Part shown: piece after piece, positions 1 to 12,687 of the stretch
Numbering within the stretch: position 1 is the first letter of the stretch
Layout: every line of letters begins with the position of its first letter
Sequence record: DRR723986_3491
Length of the DNA: 48,330 nucleotides
Reading direction: 5' to 3' (one strand)
Notes under the pieces: model-generated
The model's input: only the letters and a program-made list of their open reading frames with translations
Told to the model about the DNA's origin: nothing
Databases searched by the model: none
Program-made: the position numbers and the translations under genes

Positions 1-57
1 CAGGTACTGCACCACGTTGTAGGTGAAGGAGTCGTAGTTGTCGATCATCAGGATCAT
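1..57 (-). CDS. trpG: anthranilate synthase component II (5' end only, runs off window)
   Basis: Reverse strand reads [19 protein letters not shown], the classic TrpG/PabA N-terminus. Its ATG overlaps the trpE stop (ATGA). Confidence 0.95.
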   Translation of the reverse strand, partial: MILMIDNYDSFTYNVVQYL

Positions 58-1544
58 GCCGATGCCTCCCCCGCCAGTACCATGGCCGCGGCGCGGAACA
101 TGGCGCGCGCCTTGTTCTTGGTTTCCTTCCACTCCAGCCGCGGCACGGAATCCGCCACCACGCCACCGCCAGCCTGCACATACAGCCTGCCGTCCTTGAT
201 TACCGCGGTGCGGATGGCAATGGCCGTATCCATGTCGCCGGCCCAGGAGATATAGCCGACTGCGCCGCCATAGACGCCGCGCTTGACCGGTTCCAGTTCG
301 TCGATGATTTCCATGGCGCGAATCTTGGGGGCGCCGCTGAGGGTGCCCGCCGGCAGCGTGGCACGCAGTACATCGATCGCCGACCTGCCCGCTTTCAGGC
401 GGCCGGTGACGTTGGACACGATGTGCATCACGTGGGAGTAGCGCTCCACCACCATCTTGTCGGTCAGCTCGACCGTGCCAATCTCGGCAATCCGGCCGAC
501 GTCGTTGCGCCCGAGATCGATCAGCATCAGGTGCTCGGCAATCTCCTTCGGGTCCGCCAGCAGTTCGGCTTCCATCGCCTTGTCCTCGTCCTCGGTATGG
601 CCACGGCGCCGGGTGCCGGCGATCGGGCGCACCGTGACCTCGCCTTTCTCGAGGCGCGCCAGGATTTCCGGCGACGAGCCCACGATATGGAAATCTTCCA
701 GATCGAGGTAGTACATATAGGGCGAGGGATTGAGGTTGCGCAGCGCCCGATACAGGTTCAGCGGCGGCGCAGTGAAGGGCACGCTCATGCGCTGGGAGGG
801 CACCACCTGCATCACGTCGCCCGCGAGCACGTATTCCTTCACCTTGTCGACCGCAGCTTCATACATCGCCTGGGTGAAATGCGACTCCGCCTGGCTTTCC
901 AGCTCGACATTGTCGGCGGCGTCCAGGGCGACATCCGCCAGCGGCGGCATTGGCTGCGGCAGGCGCGCGACCAGCTCCTTCAGCCGGGCCCGGGCCACAG
1001 CATAGGCATCTTCAATCGCGGGATCGGCATTGACCACCAGGCGGATGGTGCCCGACAGGTTATCGAACACCAGCACCTCGTCGGACAGCATCAGCAGGAT
1101 ATCCGGCGTACCCAGCTCATCGGGCGGCACGGTGGGCGCCAGCCGGGGCTCGACATAGCGCACCGTATCGTAGGCGAAGTAGCCCACCAGGCCGCCGTGG
1201 AAAACCGGCAGTTCCGCTATCGGGGCCGCCCGATAGCGGGCCTGGAACGCCTCCGCGTAGGCCAGCGGGTCAGCAACCTCCTCGGCCTGCGCCAGTTCGC
1301 CATCCACCCAGGTTTCCGCCCGGTGGCCAAAGACTTTCAACAGGGTTTTGCAGGGCAGGCCGATGATGGAGTAACGGCCCCATTTTTCGCCGCCCTGCAC
1401 GGATTCGAAGAAGTAGGAATAAGCGCCTTCCGCCAGCTTGCGGTAGGCACTGATCGGCGTTTCCAGATCGGCCAGTACTTCGATACTGACCGGTATGCGG
1501 TTATAACCCTGCGCTGCCAGCGCAGAAAAAGCCTCAGGGTTCAT
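54..1544 (-). CDS. trpE: anthranilate synthase component I
   Basis: 496 aa with [42 protein letters not shown] and [10 protein letters not shown] motifs. Confidence 0.97.
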   Translation of the reverse strand: MNPEAFSALAAQGYNRIPVSIEVLADLETPISAYRKLAEGAYSYFFESVQGGEKWGRYSIIGLPCKTLLKVFGHRAETWVDGELAQAEEVADPLAYAEAFQARYRAAPIAELPVFHGGLVGYFAYDTVRYVEPRLAPTVPPDELGTPDILLMLSDEVLVFDNLSGTIRLVVNADPAIEDAYAVARARLKELVARLPQPMPPLADVALDAADNVELESQAESHFTQAMYEAAVDKVKEYVLAGDVMQVVPSQRMSVPFTAPPLNLYRALRNLNPSPYMYYLDLEDFHIVGSSPEILARLEKGEVTVRPIAGTRRRGHTEDEDKAMEAELLADPKEIAEHLMLIDLGRNDVGRIAEIGTVELTDKMVVERYSHVMHIVSNVTGRLKAGRSAIDVLRATLPAGTLSGAPKIRAMEIIDELEPVKRGVYGGAVGYISWAGDMDTAIAIRTAVIKDGRLYVQAGGGVVADSVPRLEWKETKNKARAMFRAAAMVLAGEASA

Positions 1545-1596
1545 GGGAGGTCCTCGGAGAATGAAAAGGCGTATTCAGGTCGCGACGGCACTCTGG

Positions 1597-1632
1597 CTAC
1601 CATCGCCAGCAGGTGACCTCGCGCATCGACAT
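1597..1632 (-). CDS. putative trp leader peptide MSMREVTCWRW
   Basis: Minus strand ATG TCG ATG CGC GAG GTC ACC TGC TGG CGA TGG TAG. It has two Trp codons (W-R-W) and ends 52 nt upstream of trpE. Confidence 0.7.
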   Translation of the reverse strand: MSMREVTCWRW

Positions 1633-1692
1633 CAGGTCGACGCTGTTACGCCCGGCTGTGAACACAGCACGCTCCGAATTGAGTAAACCCAC

Positions 1693-1720
1693 ATTGTACC
1701 GCTACCGGGTGGCATGGCAA
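1693..1720 (-). promoter_or_regulatory. putative sigma70 promoter for leader/trpE
   Basis: Minus strand TTGCCA-N16-TACAAT in the rpe-trpE gap. Confidence 0.55.
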
Positions 1721-1755
1721 GCAAAGCGGCAGGGGCGCTGCCGGTCTCCCAGGGC

Positions 1756-2424
1756 TCAGACCGTGGCAAGCCTTGCGCGCATCTCGGCAATGACCGCCGC
1801 GTAGTCCGGCTGGTTGAAGATGGCGGAACCGGCGACAAAGGTGTCCGCCCCCGCTGCGGCGATTTCGGCAATATTGGCCGCCGACACACCGCCGTCGACT
1901 TCCAGCCGGATATCCCGTCCGGAGGCATCAATCAATGCCCGCGCTGCGCGCAGCTTGTCGAGGGTCGCCGGAATGAAGGACTGGCCGCCGAAGCCCGGGT
2001 TTACCGACATCAGCAGGATCATATCCACCTTGTCCAGCACGTAGTCCAGGGCCTCGAGACCGAGGTGCGGGTTGAATACCAGCCCCGCCTTGCAGCCCGC
2101 GTCGCGAATCATCTGCAGCGAGCGATCCACATGGGTGGAGGCATCGGGATGGAAGGTGATGTAGCTGGCTCCCGCCTCGGCGAAGTCCCCGATCAGCCGG
2201 TCCACCGGGCTGACCATCAGATGCACATCGATCGGCGCGGTAATCCCGTGCTTGCGCAGCGCGCTGCACACCATCGGACCAATCGTCAGGTTGGGCACGT
2301 AGTGATTGTCCATCACGTCGAAATGGACGATGTCGGCACCGGCAGCCAGAACGGCGTCCACTTCCTCGCCCAGACGGGCGAAGTCGGCTGACAGGATGGA
2401 AGGTGCAATGAGGTAGTCGGCCAT
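1756..2424 (-). CDS. rpe: ribulose-phosphate 3-epimerase
   Basis: [34 protein letters not shown] and EVDGG motifs. Confidence 0.97.
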   Translation of the reverse strand: MADYLIAPSILSADFARLGEEVDAVLAAGADIVHFDVMDNHYVPNLTIGPMVCSALRKHGITAPIDVHLMVSPVDRLIGDFAEAGASYITFHPDASTHVDRSLQMIRDAGCKAGLVFNPHLGLEALDYVLDKVDMILLMSVNPGFGGQSFIPATLDKLRAARALIDASGRDIRLEVDGGVSAANIAEIAAAGADTFVAGSAIFNQPDYAAVIAEMRARLATV

Positions 2425-2513
2425 GGTGGGTTCCGTCGCGGGCGAATGCGCCTAGTTTAACGGCTATCGATTAGGGGTACACCTGTTGCAGGCCATATCG
2501 CCACCCCGCCCGG

Positions 2514-4225
<1,712 letters not shown>

Positions 4226-4397
4226 GGGCGTCTCCCGCCGGGGGTTTGCGAATTCACCCGCAGTCTAACCAACAGCGGCGCTGCGGGGCCAGCCGGTTTC
4301 CAAATCCTGCGCGGCAAGCGGCCACCCGGCGCGGCCAATTTTTTCAGACAAGCCCCGGTCGATGGATTATCATCCGCGACTACTATAAGGCAGACCG

Positions 4398-6821
4398 ATG
4401 CGCCCCATGACACCGGCCCCGGCCACTTACCCACAGTCCCTCCCCGCTTTTCCACTGCGCCGAATTGCTGCCGCCGTCTGCATGGCGCTGGCGTTCGCTG
4501 CCGGACCCGGCGCTCATGCCGCCGACGAGAAGCTGGAAGAAACCGTGATCAAGCCCGGGCGTATCGACTGGGTGCCGATCCGCGAGGTGCCCGAAGCGCT
4601 GCGCGACCGCCAGTGCATCAACTGCGGCGGACGCTACATCGATCCCCTGGCCGGTGAGGACACCGGCGCAGCGCCGGAACTGTCGGATATCGAGGCCAGC
4701 GCCAGCCGCACCGAACTGCGCGGCGACACCGTCTATCTTGAGGGCGGCGTGGCCGTGACGCAGGGCTATCGACGCCTGCGCGGCGACCGGGCCACCATCG
4801 ATCGCAGCCAGCGGTCCGCCACCCTGTCCGGCAATATCGAGCTGCGCGAGCCCGGCGTACTGATGCGGGGGGAGCGCGCTGAAATTTACGCCCGCTCCGG
4901 CGAAGCCTCACTCGAGCAAAGCGAGTTCGTGCTGCATGCCAACAAGCTGCGCGGCACCGCCGACACCCTGCGCCGCGACGAGGCAGGCCTGATTCACGTC
5001 GAGCAGGGCTCGCTGAGCTACTGCCCGCCGGGGGATTCAGACTGGCTGCTGCGGGCCGACGATATCGAACTGGATCTGGAAGACGGTCTGGGCACGGCCC
5101 GGGGCGCCAAGCTCGACGTGGCTGGAGTGCCGGTGTTCTACATCCCCTGGCTGGCCTTCCCGCTGGATGACCGGCGCCGTACGGGCCTGCTGTGGCCCGA
5201 TATCGGCAGCGATACCCGCGGCGGGCTCGACCTCTCGGTGCCGGTGTACATCAATGCCGCACCGAATTACGACCTGCTCTATGTGCCACGCTTCATCCAG
5301 GAGCGCGGTATCAACCATGAACTGGACGCGCGCTACCTGGGGGAGCACATCGGCCTGTGGCGGGTCGGGGGCGCCTACCTCGCCGATGACGACCGCTACA
5401 AGGACGAGTTCCCGGAGGACAACAACCCCGACCGCTGGCTCGCCAACCTGCGCCACAACGGCCTGTTCGACCAGCGCTGGCGCTCGCGGGTCGACTACAG
5501 CAAGGCCAGCGACGTCAATTACCTGAAAGACCTGGAAACCTCCAGCATCGACACCAAGCGCGAGACCAGCCTGCTGCAGCTCGCCTCGCTGGACTACCTC
5601 GGTGACCGCTGGCTGGTGGGTATGGACGTGCAGCAGTACCAGTCGCTGGCGGACGATATCAACGACGACTACAAGAAGCTGCCGCAGATCACCGGCCAGT
5701 ACCGGGGAGATCGCACTCCCTTCGAGATCGACCCCATCCTGCTGGCCCAGTACTCAAATTTCGACAGTGACGAGGACCGGGTGCGCGGCGAACGGATCTA
5801 CAGCGAGGCGGGCCTCACCTACCCGATGCTGTGGGAGTTCGGCTTCCTGAGGCCCACCGCCAAGTACCGCTACCTGCAGTACGACCTGGATCGCGAGCTG
5901 GTACCCGAGGAAAACACCCCATCGGCGGGTGCCACCATGCTCAACCTCGACGGCGGCCTGTACTTCGAGCGGCGCACCGAACTGGCCGGCCTCGGCCTGC
6001 TGCAAACCCTGGAGCCCCGGGTTTACTACCTGTACAGCGAATACGAGGACCAGCAGGACCAGCCCGACTTCGACAGCGCCGAGCTCACCTTCAGCTACAA
6101 CCAGCTGTTCCGGGAAACCCGCTTTTCCGGCCGCGACCGCATCGATGACGCCAACCAGCTGTCGCTGGGCCTGACCACCCGCTTCATTTCCGACGAGGAT
6201 GGGCGCGAGCAGTTCAATGCCAGCCTGGGCCAGATTTTCTACTTCAAGGACCGGGAGGTTCGCCTGAGCCCGGTAGCCCCGCCATTGGACCAGTCCGGCT
6301 CCGAGCTGGCCGGTGAGCTGAACTTCTACCCCAACGACCGGCTCAGCCTGCGCACCAACCTGCAGTACGACCCCTATACCGGCAACACCAACGCCGGCAA
6401 CTTCCAGGTCAATTACCGGCCCGGCGACAAGGCGGTGTATAACGTCGGCTACTCCTACCGCCGCCCCCTGACCCTCACCCGCCTGCAGGACCCCACAGAG
6501 CAGGCGCACGTATCGGCCTACGTCCCGATGGGCAACAACTGGAGCGTATTTGCCAGCTGGAACTACTCCATCGAGCAACAGCGCAGCGTGGAAGACATGG
6601 TCGGTATCGAGTACGATAGCTGCTGTTGGCGGGTGCGCCTGGTGCACCTGCGCTATTTCGATACCGTCCCCGGCCAGATTCCCGATTTCAGCGACCCGGA
6701 CCTGGAGCGGGAACATTCCACCCAGTTCCAGATCGTACTGAAAGGCATGGGCGGCTTCGGCGGCCGTGTGGAAGGCCTTATGGAAGACATGATCCGAGGT
6801 TTTGAAGAACGTGAACTCTGA
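4398..6821 (+). CDS. lptD: LPS assembly outer-membrane protein LptD
   Basis: 807 aa with signal peptide, OstA-like N-terminus, QTLEPR, RFSGRDRIDDANQ and YDSCCW motifs. Start codon uncertain. Confidence 0.95.
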   Translation: MRPMTPAPATYPQSLPAFPLRRIAAAVCMALAFAAGPGAHAADEKLEETVIKPGRIDWVPIREVPEALRDRQCINCGGRYIDPLAGEDTGAAPELSDIEASASRTELRGDTVYLEGGVAVTQGYRRLRGDRATIDRSQRSATLSGNIELREPGVLMRGERAEIYARSGEASLEQSEFVLHANKLRGTADTLRRDEAGLIHVEQGSLSYCPPGDSDWLLRADDIELDLEDGLGTARGAKLDVAGVPVFYIPWLAFPLDDRRRTGLLWPDIGSDTRGGLDLSVPVYINAAPNYDLLYVPRFIQERGINHELDARYLGEHIGLWRVGGAYLADDDRYKDEFPEDNNPDRWLANLRHNGLFDQRWRSRVDYSKASDVNYLKDLETSSIDTKRETSLLQLASLDYLGDRWLVGMDVQQYQSLADDINDDYKKLPQITGQYRGDRTPFEIDPILLAQYSNFDSDEDRVRGERIYSEAGLTYPMLWEFGFLRPTAKYRYLQYDLDRELVPEENTPSAGATMLNLDGGLYFERRTELAGLGLLQTLEPRVYYLYSEYEDQQDQPDFDSAELTFSYNQLFRETRFSGRDRIDDANQLSLGLTTRFISDEDGREQFNASLGQIFYFKDREVRLSPVAPPLDQSGSELAGELNFYPNDRLSLRTNLQYDPYTGNTNAGNFQVNYRPGDKAVYNVGYSYRRPLTLTRLQDPTEQAHVSAYVPMGNNWSVFASWNYSIEQQRSVEDMVGIEYDSCCWRVRLVHLRYFDTVPGQIPDFSDPDLEREHSTQFQIVLKGMGGFGGRVEGLMEDMIRGFEEREL

Positions 6822-6857
6822 TGAAAGGCCGCAGCTTCATCAGGATTTACTTTCTAC

Positions 6858-8771
6858 ATGAAAATAGTCCACTTGCTGAAAACGAGCCGCTATTTTCTAA
6901 GTAAGCTACTGCTGGCAGCGATCCTCGTTAGTATATTCGTTCCGTTTAGCCCAGCCATGCCCGCAGATGGACTGGATTTCTCATGGGTTTTCGCTCTCAA
7001 CGCGGCTCACGCTGCAGAGCTTGTTTTCGGAAGGGATCTTGTCTTTTCCTTCGGCCCATACAGCGCCGTCTATACAAAGAGCTACCACCCGGCAACCGAT
7101 TTCCTGATGCTTTTTGGAGGCGCAGTAGTTGCACTTGGGTACTTTTTCTCACTAGCAATAATTGCAGGCCAAAAACCAGCCGGGCACGAACGGTTCGACT
7201 GGATATACATCCTGGCACTCGCAGTCGCGTTCGGCTGCGCGAGTATCTCACACGATGCCCTGCTGGCTTACTTGCCACTGCTCGTTGCATTTGCCTTACT
7301 TGGCCAATGGCACCAAAAACCAACACCTCCTGATACTTTGGTCAAGCGGCACCAGATTTATTGGCTCCTTTGGATTCCGATTGGGCTCTTGCCGCTGATC
7401 AAGAGCTCGCTACTCCCCTCTTGCCTCGCGAGCATTGTGATCGTGAGCACGTATTGTTTACTGAAACGAAAATGGGCGACGGCACTACTTCCTGTGGCCA
7501 TCACTGCGAGCTCACTGGTTATCTTCTGGCTAGTGGCAAATCAGCCCACAGGCGCCTTGCCATTGTTTTTCAAAAATTCGCTATTAGTAATTGCCGGCTA
7601 TTCCTCTGCTATGGCACTGCCGGGCAATAGAGGCGAGATCGTTGCCTTTGTATTGGTTGCAAGTATTTGCTTGTTCATCTTGCTCACACAGCGTCAACCG
7701 CAAAGACTCTACCGCTACCTTCTACTGGTGCTGTTATCCGCCTATTATTTCCTAATGTTTAAGGCCGCTTTCGTTCGTCACGATGGGCACGCCCTGATTG
7801 GTGCGGGCGCCCTCTTACTGACGGCAATCCTTTTCCCGATATCGCTCGGGTTTCGCACCGCGATAGTGCAGCTATCGATATCGATAATCGCGTACATTTA
7901 CATCGGCTCTGCTTACACAGACCACAGCCCGAAAAGTTTGGTCACGAATATACAGCGCAACTTGACTTCATCCAGCATGGGGATCTACCACCGCCTTACC
8001 AATCCAAACTGGCTAACCTCACGTTATGAAAACGCCGTCACACGTATAGCCAATACTTATCCATTACCTGAACTTCCCGGCACTTCGGATATCTACGCAT
8101 ACCAACAATCACGCTTACTCGCCAGTGCGAATAACTGGAATCCAAGACCAGGCTTGCAAAGCTATGCTGCCTACACTGAAAGCTTATCCAGACTTGATCG
8201 AAGCCATCTCGCCGGGTCTACCGCGCCAGATAACATCTTTTTCCGGGTTGAAACAATAGACCGGCGCTTTCCACCTCAAGATAGTGGTTCGAGCTGGCCA
8301 CTAATCCTTCAGAGATATCGACCCGCGGGGGTTTACGGTGAATACGTTCATCTTAGCCTCAATGATGCGACAAGCAGTGAAGTATCAACGCTTCCGCTCG
8401 GTAATTACGGGTGCCGACTGGGCCAGCGCATACCAGTACCGAGGACGGAGCTTCCGCTTTACGTAAAATTCGATTTCCACAAAACCTTGATAGGCCACCT
8501 ATCGGAGACTTTGTTCAAAATTTCTCCACTGCTGATTGTAGTGGACACCCTTTCGGGGGAGAGACACATATTCAGACTTGTAGCTGGCTTGGCGAAAGCT
8601 GGCTTTGTTCTTTCACCGATGGTGCTGAACACAAATGACTTTCTGGGCTTGGCTACCGGGGAAAAGCCACCTGAATCCAGGTCAGTGACTGCCATCACTG
8701 TTCTCCCCTATGGATGGAGTGGATTCTGGAAAGAAGAATGCGCGATAGCGTTTGAAGCGCTACAGAAGTGA
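6858..8771 (+). CDS. polytopic membrane protein, putative GT-C glycosyltransferase (pentofuranosyltransferase candidate)
   Basis: About 11-13 hydrophobic segments in the first ~350 aa. GLDFSW...GRDLVFSFGPY acidic motif in the loop after TM1; soluble C-terminal domain. Visibly lower GC than its flanks. Confidence 0.55.
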   Translation: MKIVHLLKTSRYFLSKLLLAAILVSIFVPFSPAMPADGLDFSWVFALNAAHAAELVFGRDLVFSFGPYSAVYTKSYHPATDFLMLFGGAVVALGYFFSLAIIAGQKPAGHERFDWIYILALAVAFGCASISHDALLAYLPLLVAFALLGQWHQKPTPPDTLVKRHQIYWLLWIPIGLLPLIKSSLLPSCLASIVIVSTYCLLKRKWATALLPVAITASSLVIFWLVANQPTGALPLFFKNSLLVIAGYSSAMALPGNRGEIVAFVLVASICLFILLTQRQPQRLYRYLLLVLLSAYYFLMFKAAFVRHDGHALIGAGALLLTAILFPISLGFRTAIVQLSISIIAYIYIGSAYTDHSPKSLVTNIQRNLTSSSMGIYHRLTNPNWLTSRYENAVTRIANTYPLPELPGTSDIYAYQQSRLLASANNWNPRPGLQSYAAYTESLSRLDRSHLAGSTAPDNIFFRVETIDRRFPPQDSGSSWPLILQRYRPAGVYGEYVHLSLNDATSSEVSTLPLGNYGCRLGQRIPVPRTELPLYVKFDFHKTLIGHLSETLFKISPLLIVVDTLSGERHIFRLVAGLAKAGFVLSPMVLNTNDFLGLATGEKPPESRSVTAITVLPYGWSGFWKEECAIAFEALQK

Positions 8772-8777
8772 TCCACC

Positions 8778-8810
8778 ATCTGGCAAAACCGACTGTTTTA
8801 CCAGATTTTC
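8778..8810 (+). terminator. inverted repeat after the inserted membrane gene; weak terminator or processing hairpin
   Basis: ATCTGGCAAAAC-cgact-GTTTTACCAGAT (11/12 pairs) followed by TTTC. Confidence 0.35.
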
Positions 8811-8907
8811 GCCCTGAACAACCCGTCGCTATACGTAACCAGTTCCATGGATTGGTAACTCTATTTCCAGTACCCTACACCTGTTCAACACTCGAGATTT
8901 CATTGCC

Positions 8908-10182
8908 GTGTTCTATAGACGACTTTTACTTCTAGCAGGCCTTGCCGCGACCCTGCTGGTCACTCCGCTGGCCAATGCCGCCACCGAACTGCTCGATCAG
9001 GTGGTGGCCATCGTCGACGACGATGTGATCACCGCCAGTGAACTGCGCGAGCGCCTGAACATGGTCACCGAGGCGCTGCAGGCCCGCGGCGGCGAGCTAC
9101 CGCCGGAAGATGAACTGATCCGGGAGACCCTGGACCGGCTGATCCTGGAGAGCATCCAGCTGCAGATGGGTAACCGGGTGGGTGTGCGCATCTCCGACGC
9201 CCAGCTCGACGCTTCCATGCAGCGCATCGCAAGTCAGAACCGCATGAACCTAGACCAGTTCAAGGTCGCGCTGGAGGCCGAGGGACGCTCCTACGCCGGG
9301 ATGCGCGAACAGATCCGCCGCGAGATGGTGCTGCAGCGGGTACAGGCGGGCAACGTCAACCGGGAGGTGGAAATTACCGACCAGGAAGTGAGCAACTTCA
9401 TGGCCACCGAGGAAGGCCAGAAGATGACCCAGCCCGAGTACCGGATCATCCAGGCCCTGCTGGAAGTCTCACCTGATGACAGTGAGTCCGAGACCGCCAA
9501 CAAGGAAGCCTTCGTCGATCGCCTGCTGGCCCAAATCGACAACGGCGCCAGCTTCGAGGAAGTGATCAGCACCGCGGGACGCTACAGCTTCACCGGCGGC
9601 GACCTGGGCTGGCGCAAGCTCAACGACCTGCCCAGCATGTTTACCGACATCGCCCCAACCCTGGAGCAGGGTGAAACCGGCAAGGTGAAGAGCGCCAGTG
9701 GGTTCCACCTGGTGTTCATGGCGGCGAAGCGCGGCGGGCAGCAGATCGTGCCCCAGACCAAGGCGCGGCATATCCTGGTCAGCCCCTCCGAAATCCTGAC
9801 TGACAAGGAAGCCGAGGAACTGGTAGCTGAACTGAAAGCGCGCGCCGAAGCGGGCGAGGATTTCGCCGAGCTGGCCAGGGAGTACTCAGAAGACATCGGC
9901 TCCGCCCAGGAAGGCGGCGACCTGGGCTGGACCAGTCCGGGACAGATGGTGCCCGAGTTCGATAACACCATGGACTCCACCGAGATCGGCGAGATTTCCG
10001 ATCCGGTGCGCAGCCAGTTTGGCTGGCACATTGTCGAGGTGACAGACCGGCGCGAGAAAGACATGACCGTGGAAGCCCAGCGCTCGGTTATCCGCGAATA
10101 CCTGCACAGCCGCAAGTACGAAGAAGAGCTGGACGCCTGGCTGCGCAAGATCCGCGACGAAGCCTTCGTCGACATCAAGTAA
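8908..10182 (+). CDS. surA: periplasmic chaperone/PPIase SurA
   Basis: [14 protein letters not shown]-terminus, two parvulin domains (GGDLGW twice, ARHIL, SQFGWHI) and C-terminal IRDEAFVDI. Confidence 0.96.
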   Translation: MFYRRLLLLAGLAATLLVTPLANAATELLDQVVAIVDDDVITASELRERLNMVTEALQARGGELPPEDELIRETLDRLILESIQLQMGNRVGVRISDAQLDASMQRIASQNRMNLDQFKVALEAEGRSYAGMREQIRREMVLQRVQAGNVNREVEITDQEVSNFMATEEGQKMTQPEYRIIQALLEVSPDDSESETANKEAFVDRLLAQIDNGASFEEVISTAGRYSFTGGDLGWRKLNDLPSMFTDIAPTLEQGETGKVKSASGFHLVFMAAKRGGQQIVPQTKARHILVSPSEILTDKEAEELVAELKARAEAGEDFAELAREYSEDIGSAQEGGDLGWTSPGQMVPEFDNTMDSTEIGEISDPVRSQFGWHIVEVTDRREKDMTVEAQRSVIREYLHSRKYEEELDAWLRKIRDEAFVDIK

Positions 10183-10187
10183 GCCCC

Positions 10188-11165
10188 ATGGCCACCCCGC
10201 GCATCGCTATCACCGCCGGGGAACCGGCGGGGATCGGGCCGGACATCCTGCTGGCGATTGCGCAACAGGCCTGGCCCGCCGAGTTGGTCGCAATAGCCGA
10301 CCAGGGCCTGCTGGCGCGGCGAGCCGCACTGCTGGGGCTGCCGATCACCCTGCGCCCCTTTGACCCCGCCAGGGAACCTCGCCCGCACCAGCCGGGTGAG
10401 CTGGCGATAGCACCCGTAAACCTGGCAGAGACCGAGACCCCCGGCAGGCTCAATCCCCGCAACGCGGCCTACGTTGTCGCTACCCTGCAACAGGCGGTGG
10501 ACGGCTGCCTGGCGGGAGACTTCGCGGCCATGGTCACAGCGCCGGTGCAGAAGTCGATCATCAATGACGCGGGCATCCCGTTCTCGGGCCACACCGAATT
10601 CCTCGCCGCCGCGACCCAGACCACACGAGTGGTCATGCTGCTGGCCGCCGGCGAGCTGCGGGTCGCGCTGGCCACCACCCACCTGCCCCTGTCGGCGGTG
10701 CCCGCGGCGATCACCCCCACCCTGCTACGGGAAACACTGACCATTCTGCACGCCGACCTGCATGACAAGTTCGGCATCACCCAACCACGCATCGCGGTGC
10801 TGGGCCTGAACCCCCACGCCGGTGAAGGCGGCCACCTCGGGCGCGAGGAACTGGACACCATCATCCCGACCCTGGACGCCCTGCGAAATGAGGGCATGCG
10901 ACTACAGGGCCCACTGCCCGCCGATACCGCCTTCAACCCAAAAGTGCTGGATAACAACGACGCCGTGCTCGCCATGTACCACGATCAGGGCCTGCCGGTA
11001 CTCAAGTATGCGGGCTTCGGCCAGGCGGTGAATGTAACCCTGGGGCTACCGATCGTACGCACCTCGGTGGATCACGGGACGGCGCTGGAGCTGGCGGGGA
11101 CAGGTGAGGCGCAGGCGGGGAGTTTGGGGGCGGCGTTGGAGCTGGCTATTCGGTTAACAGCCTGA
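10188..11165 (+). CDS. pdxA: 4-hydroxythreonine-4-phosphate dehydrogenase
   Basis: [30 protein letters not shown] and RTSVDHGTA motifs. Confidence 0.97.
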   Translation: MATPRIAITAGEPAGIGPDILLAIAQQAWPAELVAIADQGLLARRAALLGLPITLRPFDPAREPRPHQPGELAIAPVNLAETETPGRLNPRNAAYVVATLQQAVDGCLAGDFAAMVTAPVQKSIINDAGIPFSGHTEFLAAATQTTRVVMLLAAGELRVALATTHLPLSAVPAAITPTLLRETLTILHADLHDKFGITQPRIAVLGLNPHAGEGGHLGREELDTIIPTLDALRNEGMRLQGPLPADTAFNPKVLDNNDAVLAMYHDQGLPVLKYAGFGQAVNVTLGLPIVRTSVDHGTALELAGTGEAQAGSLGAALELAIRLTA

Positions 11166-11247
11166 TTGCGCATTGAGGTCTACAGTGATGGCAGCCCACC
11201 CGGATATCCATTAACCTGACCCCGCATGTGCGAACGCCAAATTCAAA

Positions 11248-12687
11248 ATGATGACTGATCTCCCTCCCCTGGCAGTAGACCTGGACGGCACGCTGGTGCT
11301 GACCGATACCCTGCACGAATCGGCGATCAAGCTCATTCGGGTTCGCCCTCTCGCGCTATTCCAATTGCCCTTCTGGCTGCTGCGCGGCAAAGCCTACCTC
11401 AAGGAGCGGCTAAACGCGCTCGTCCTGCCCGCTGCCGACCTGCTGCCTTACAATGAACCCCTCGTCGACTGGTTGCGCGAACAGAAGGCCAGCGGCAGGG
11501 AGCTGGTGCTGTGCACTGCCGCCAGCGAAGCGATGGGTAACGCTGTTGCGGCGCATACTGGTTTGTTTGACGAGGTGATAGCCAGCAGCGCAGACCACAA
11601 TATGAAGGGTGCCAACAAACGGGCTGCCCTGCAGGAGCGGTTCCCGGATACCGGCTTTAGCTACGCCGGCGATACAGGCGCTGACCTGGCTGTCTGGGAC
11701 GGCGCCCAGAGTGCCGTCGTTGTCGGCAATTCCACGTCGTTTACTGAAAAAGTAGCCAGCAGGTGCACGGTGGAGCATACCGTTCCCACGCCGCAGCGCG
11801 GGCTCAAAGACCTGCTGAAGTTGCTCCGGGTTCACCAGTGGGCAAAGAACACGCTTATCTTCATGCCGGCGGTAGCGGCTCACCAGATCAGTACGGACAA
11901 TCTACTGACCCTGTGCGTGGCCTTCCTGGCGTTCAGCCTGTGCTCATCCTCCGTGTACATCGCCAACGACCTGCTGGACCTCGAGAATGATCGCCGCCAT
12001 CCACGCAAACGAGAACGGCCTTTTGCCTCCGGAAAGCTCGCCATCACCGGGGGACTGTTACTGCTGCCACTGCTGCTTGTCAGCAGTGCTTTGCTCTCGT
12101 TCTACACAGGACAGGCCTTCGCCTGGGCACTGCTGACCTACTTTGTGCTCACATCGCTGTATTCGCTGTTCCTGAAAAAAATTGTGTTGCTGGACTGCCT
12201 GACCCTGGCCGCACTCTATACCCTGCGCATTATCGCCGGTGCGGCAGCGCTCTCCCTCGGCATCTCATTCTGGATACTGTCATTCTCGGTGTTCCTGTTC
12301 CTCTCGCTGGCCTTCGTGAAGCGCTACGTTGAATTGGAGGAAACGACCCAGGAGGCGGGTACCGATGTCTTGCATGGGCGCGGCTACCGCAGCGGCGACA
12401 GCAGCATTATCCAGGGCATGGGCATCGCCGCGGGCTTTGTGGCGGTGCTGGTACTGGCGCTCTATATCGACAGTACCGCAAGTGCACAACTCTATCGGGC
12501 GCCCGAGATCGTCTGGGGCGCTGTGGCTGTCCTGCTCTACTGGATCAGCTGGATCTGGTTGAAAGCCCACCGCGGCGAAATGCACGACGACCCAGTCGTC
12601 TTCGCAGTAACTGATCCCATAAGCCTGGTTTGCGGCTTTCTGTTCGTCGCGGTCGTGTTTCTCGGGACAACGGGATTCAGCCTGTGA
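11248..12687 (+). CDS. HAD phosphatase-UbiA fusion; polyprenyl-phosphate phosphoribosyltransferase (Rv3806c/NoeC-like)
   Basis: N-terminal HAD motif DLDGTL and YAGD. C-terminal UbiA domain with LRVHQWAKN, YIANDLLDLENDRRHPRKRERPFASG, AFVKRYVEL and HDDPVVFA. Confidence 0.88.
   Translation: MMTDLPPLAVDLDGTLVLTDTLHESAIKLIRVRPLALFQLPFWLLRGKAYLKERLNALVLPAADLLPYNEPLVDWLREQKASGRELVLCTAASEAMGNAVAAHTGLFDEVIASSADHNMKGANKRAALQERFPDTGFSYAGDTGADLAVWDGAQSAVVVGNSTSFTEKVASRCTVEHTVPTPQRGLKDLLKLLRVHQWAKNTLIFMPAVAAHQISTDNLLTLCVAFLAFSLCSSSVYIANDLLDLENDRRHPRKRERPFASGKLAITGGLLLLPLLLVSSALLSFYTGQAFAWALLTYFVLTSLYSLFLKKIVLLDCLTLAALYTLRIIAGAAALSLGISFWILSFSVFLFLSLAFVKRYVELEETTQEAGTDVLHGRGYRSGDSSIIQGMGIAAGFVAVLVLALYIDSTASAQLYRAPEIVWGAVAVLLYWISWIWLKAHRGEMHDDPVVFAVTDPISLVCGFLFVAVVFLGTTGFSL

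Noticed and set aside
423-1616. 397-aa plus-strand ORF (and similar long ORFs opposite lptD, surA, rsmA and the dehydrogenase)
   Set aside because: In-register antisense shadows of well-supported genes.
8836-8859. Imperfect palindrome around TCCATGGA upstream of surA as an operator
   Set aside because: Single imperfect copy with no matching regulator or second site in the window.
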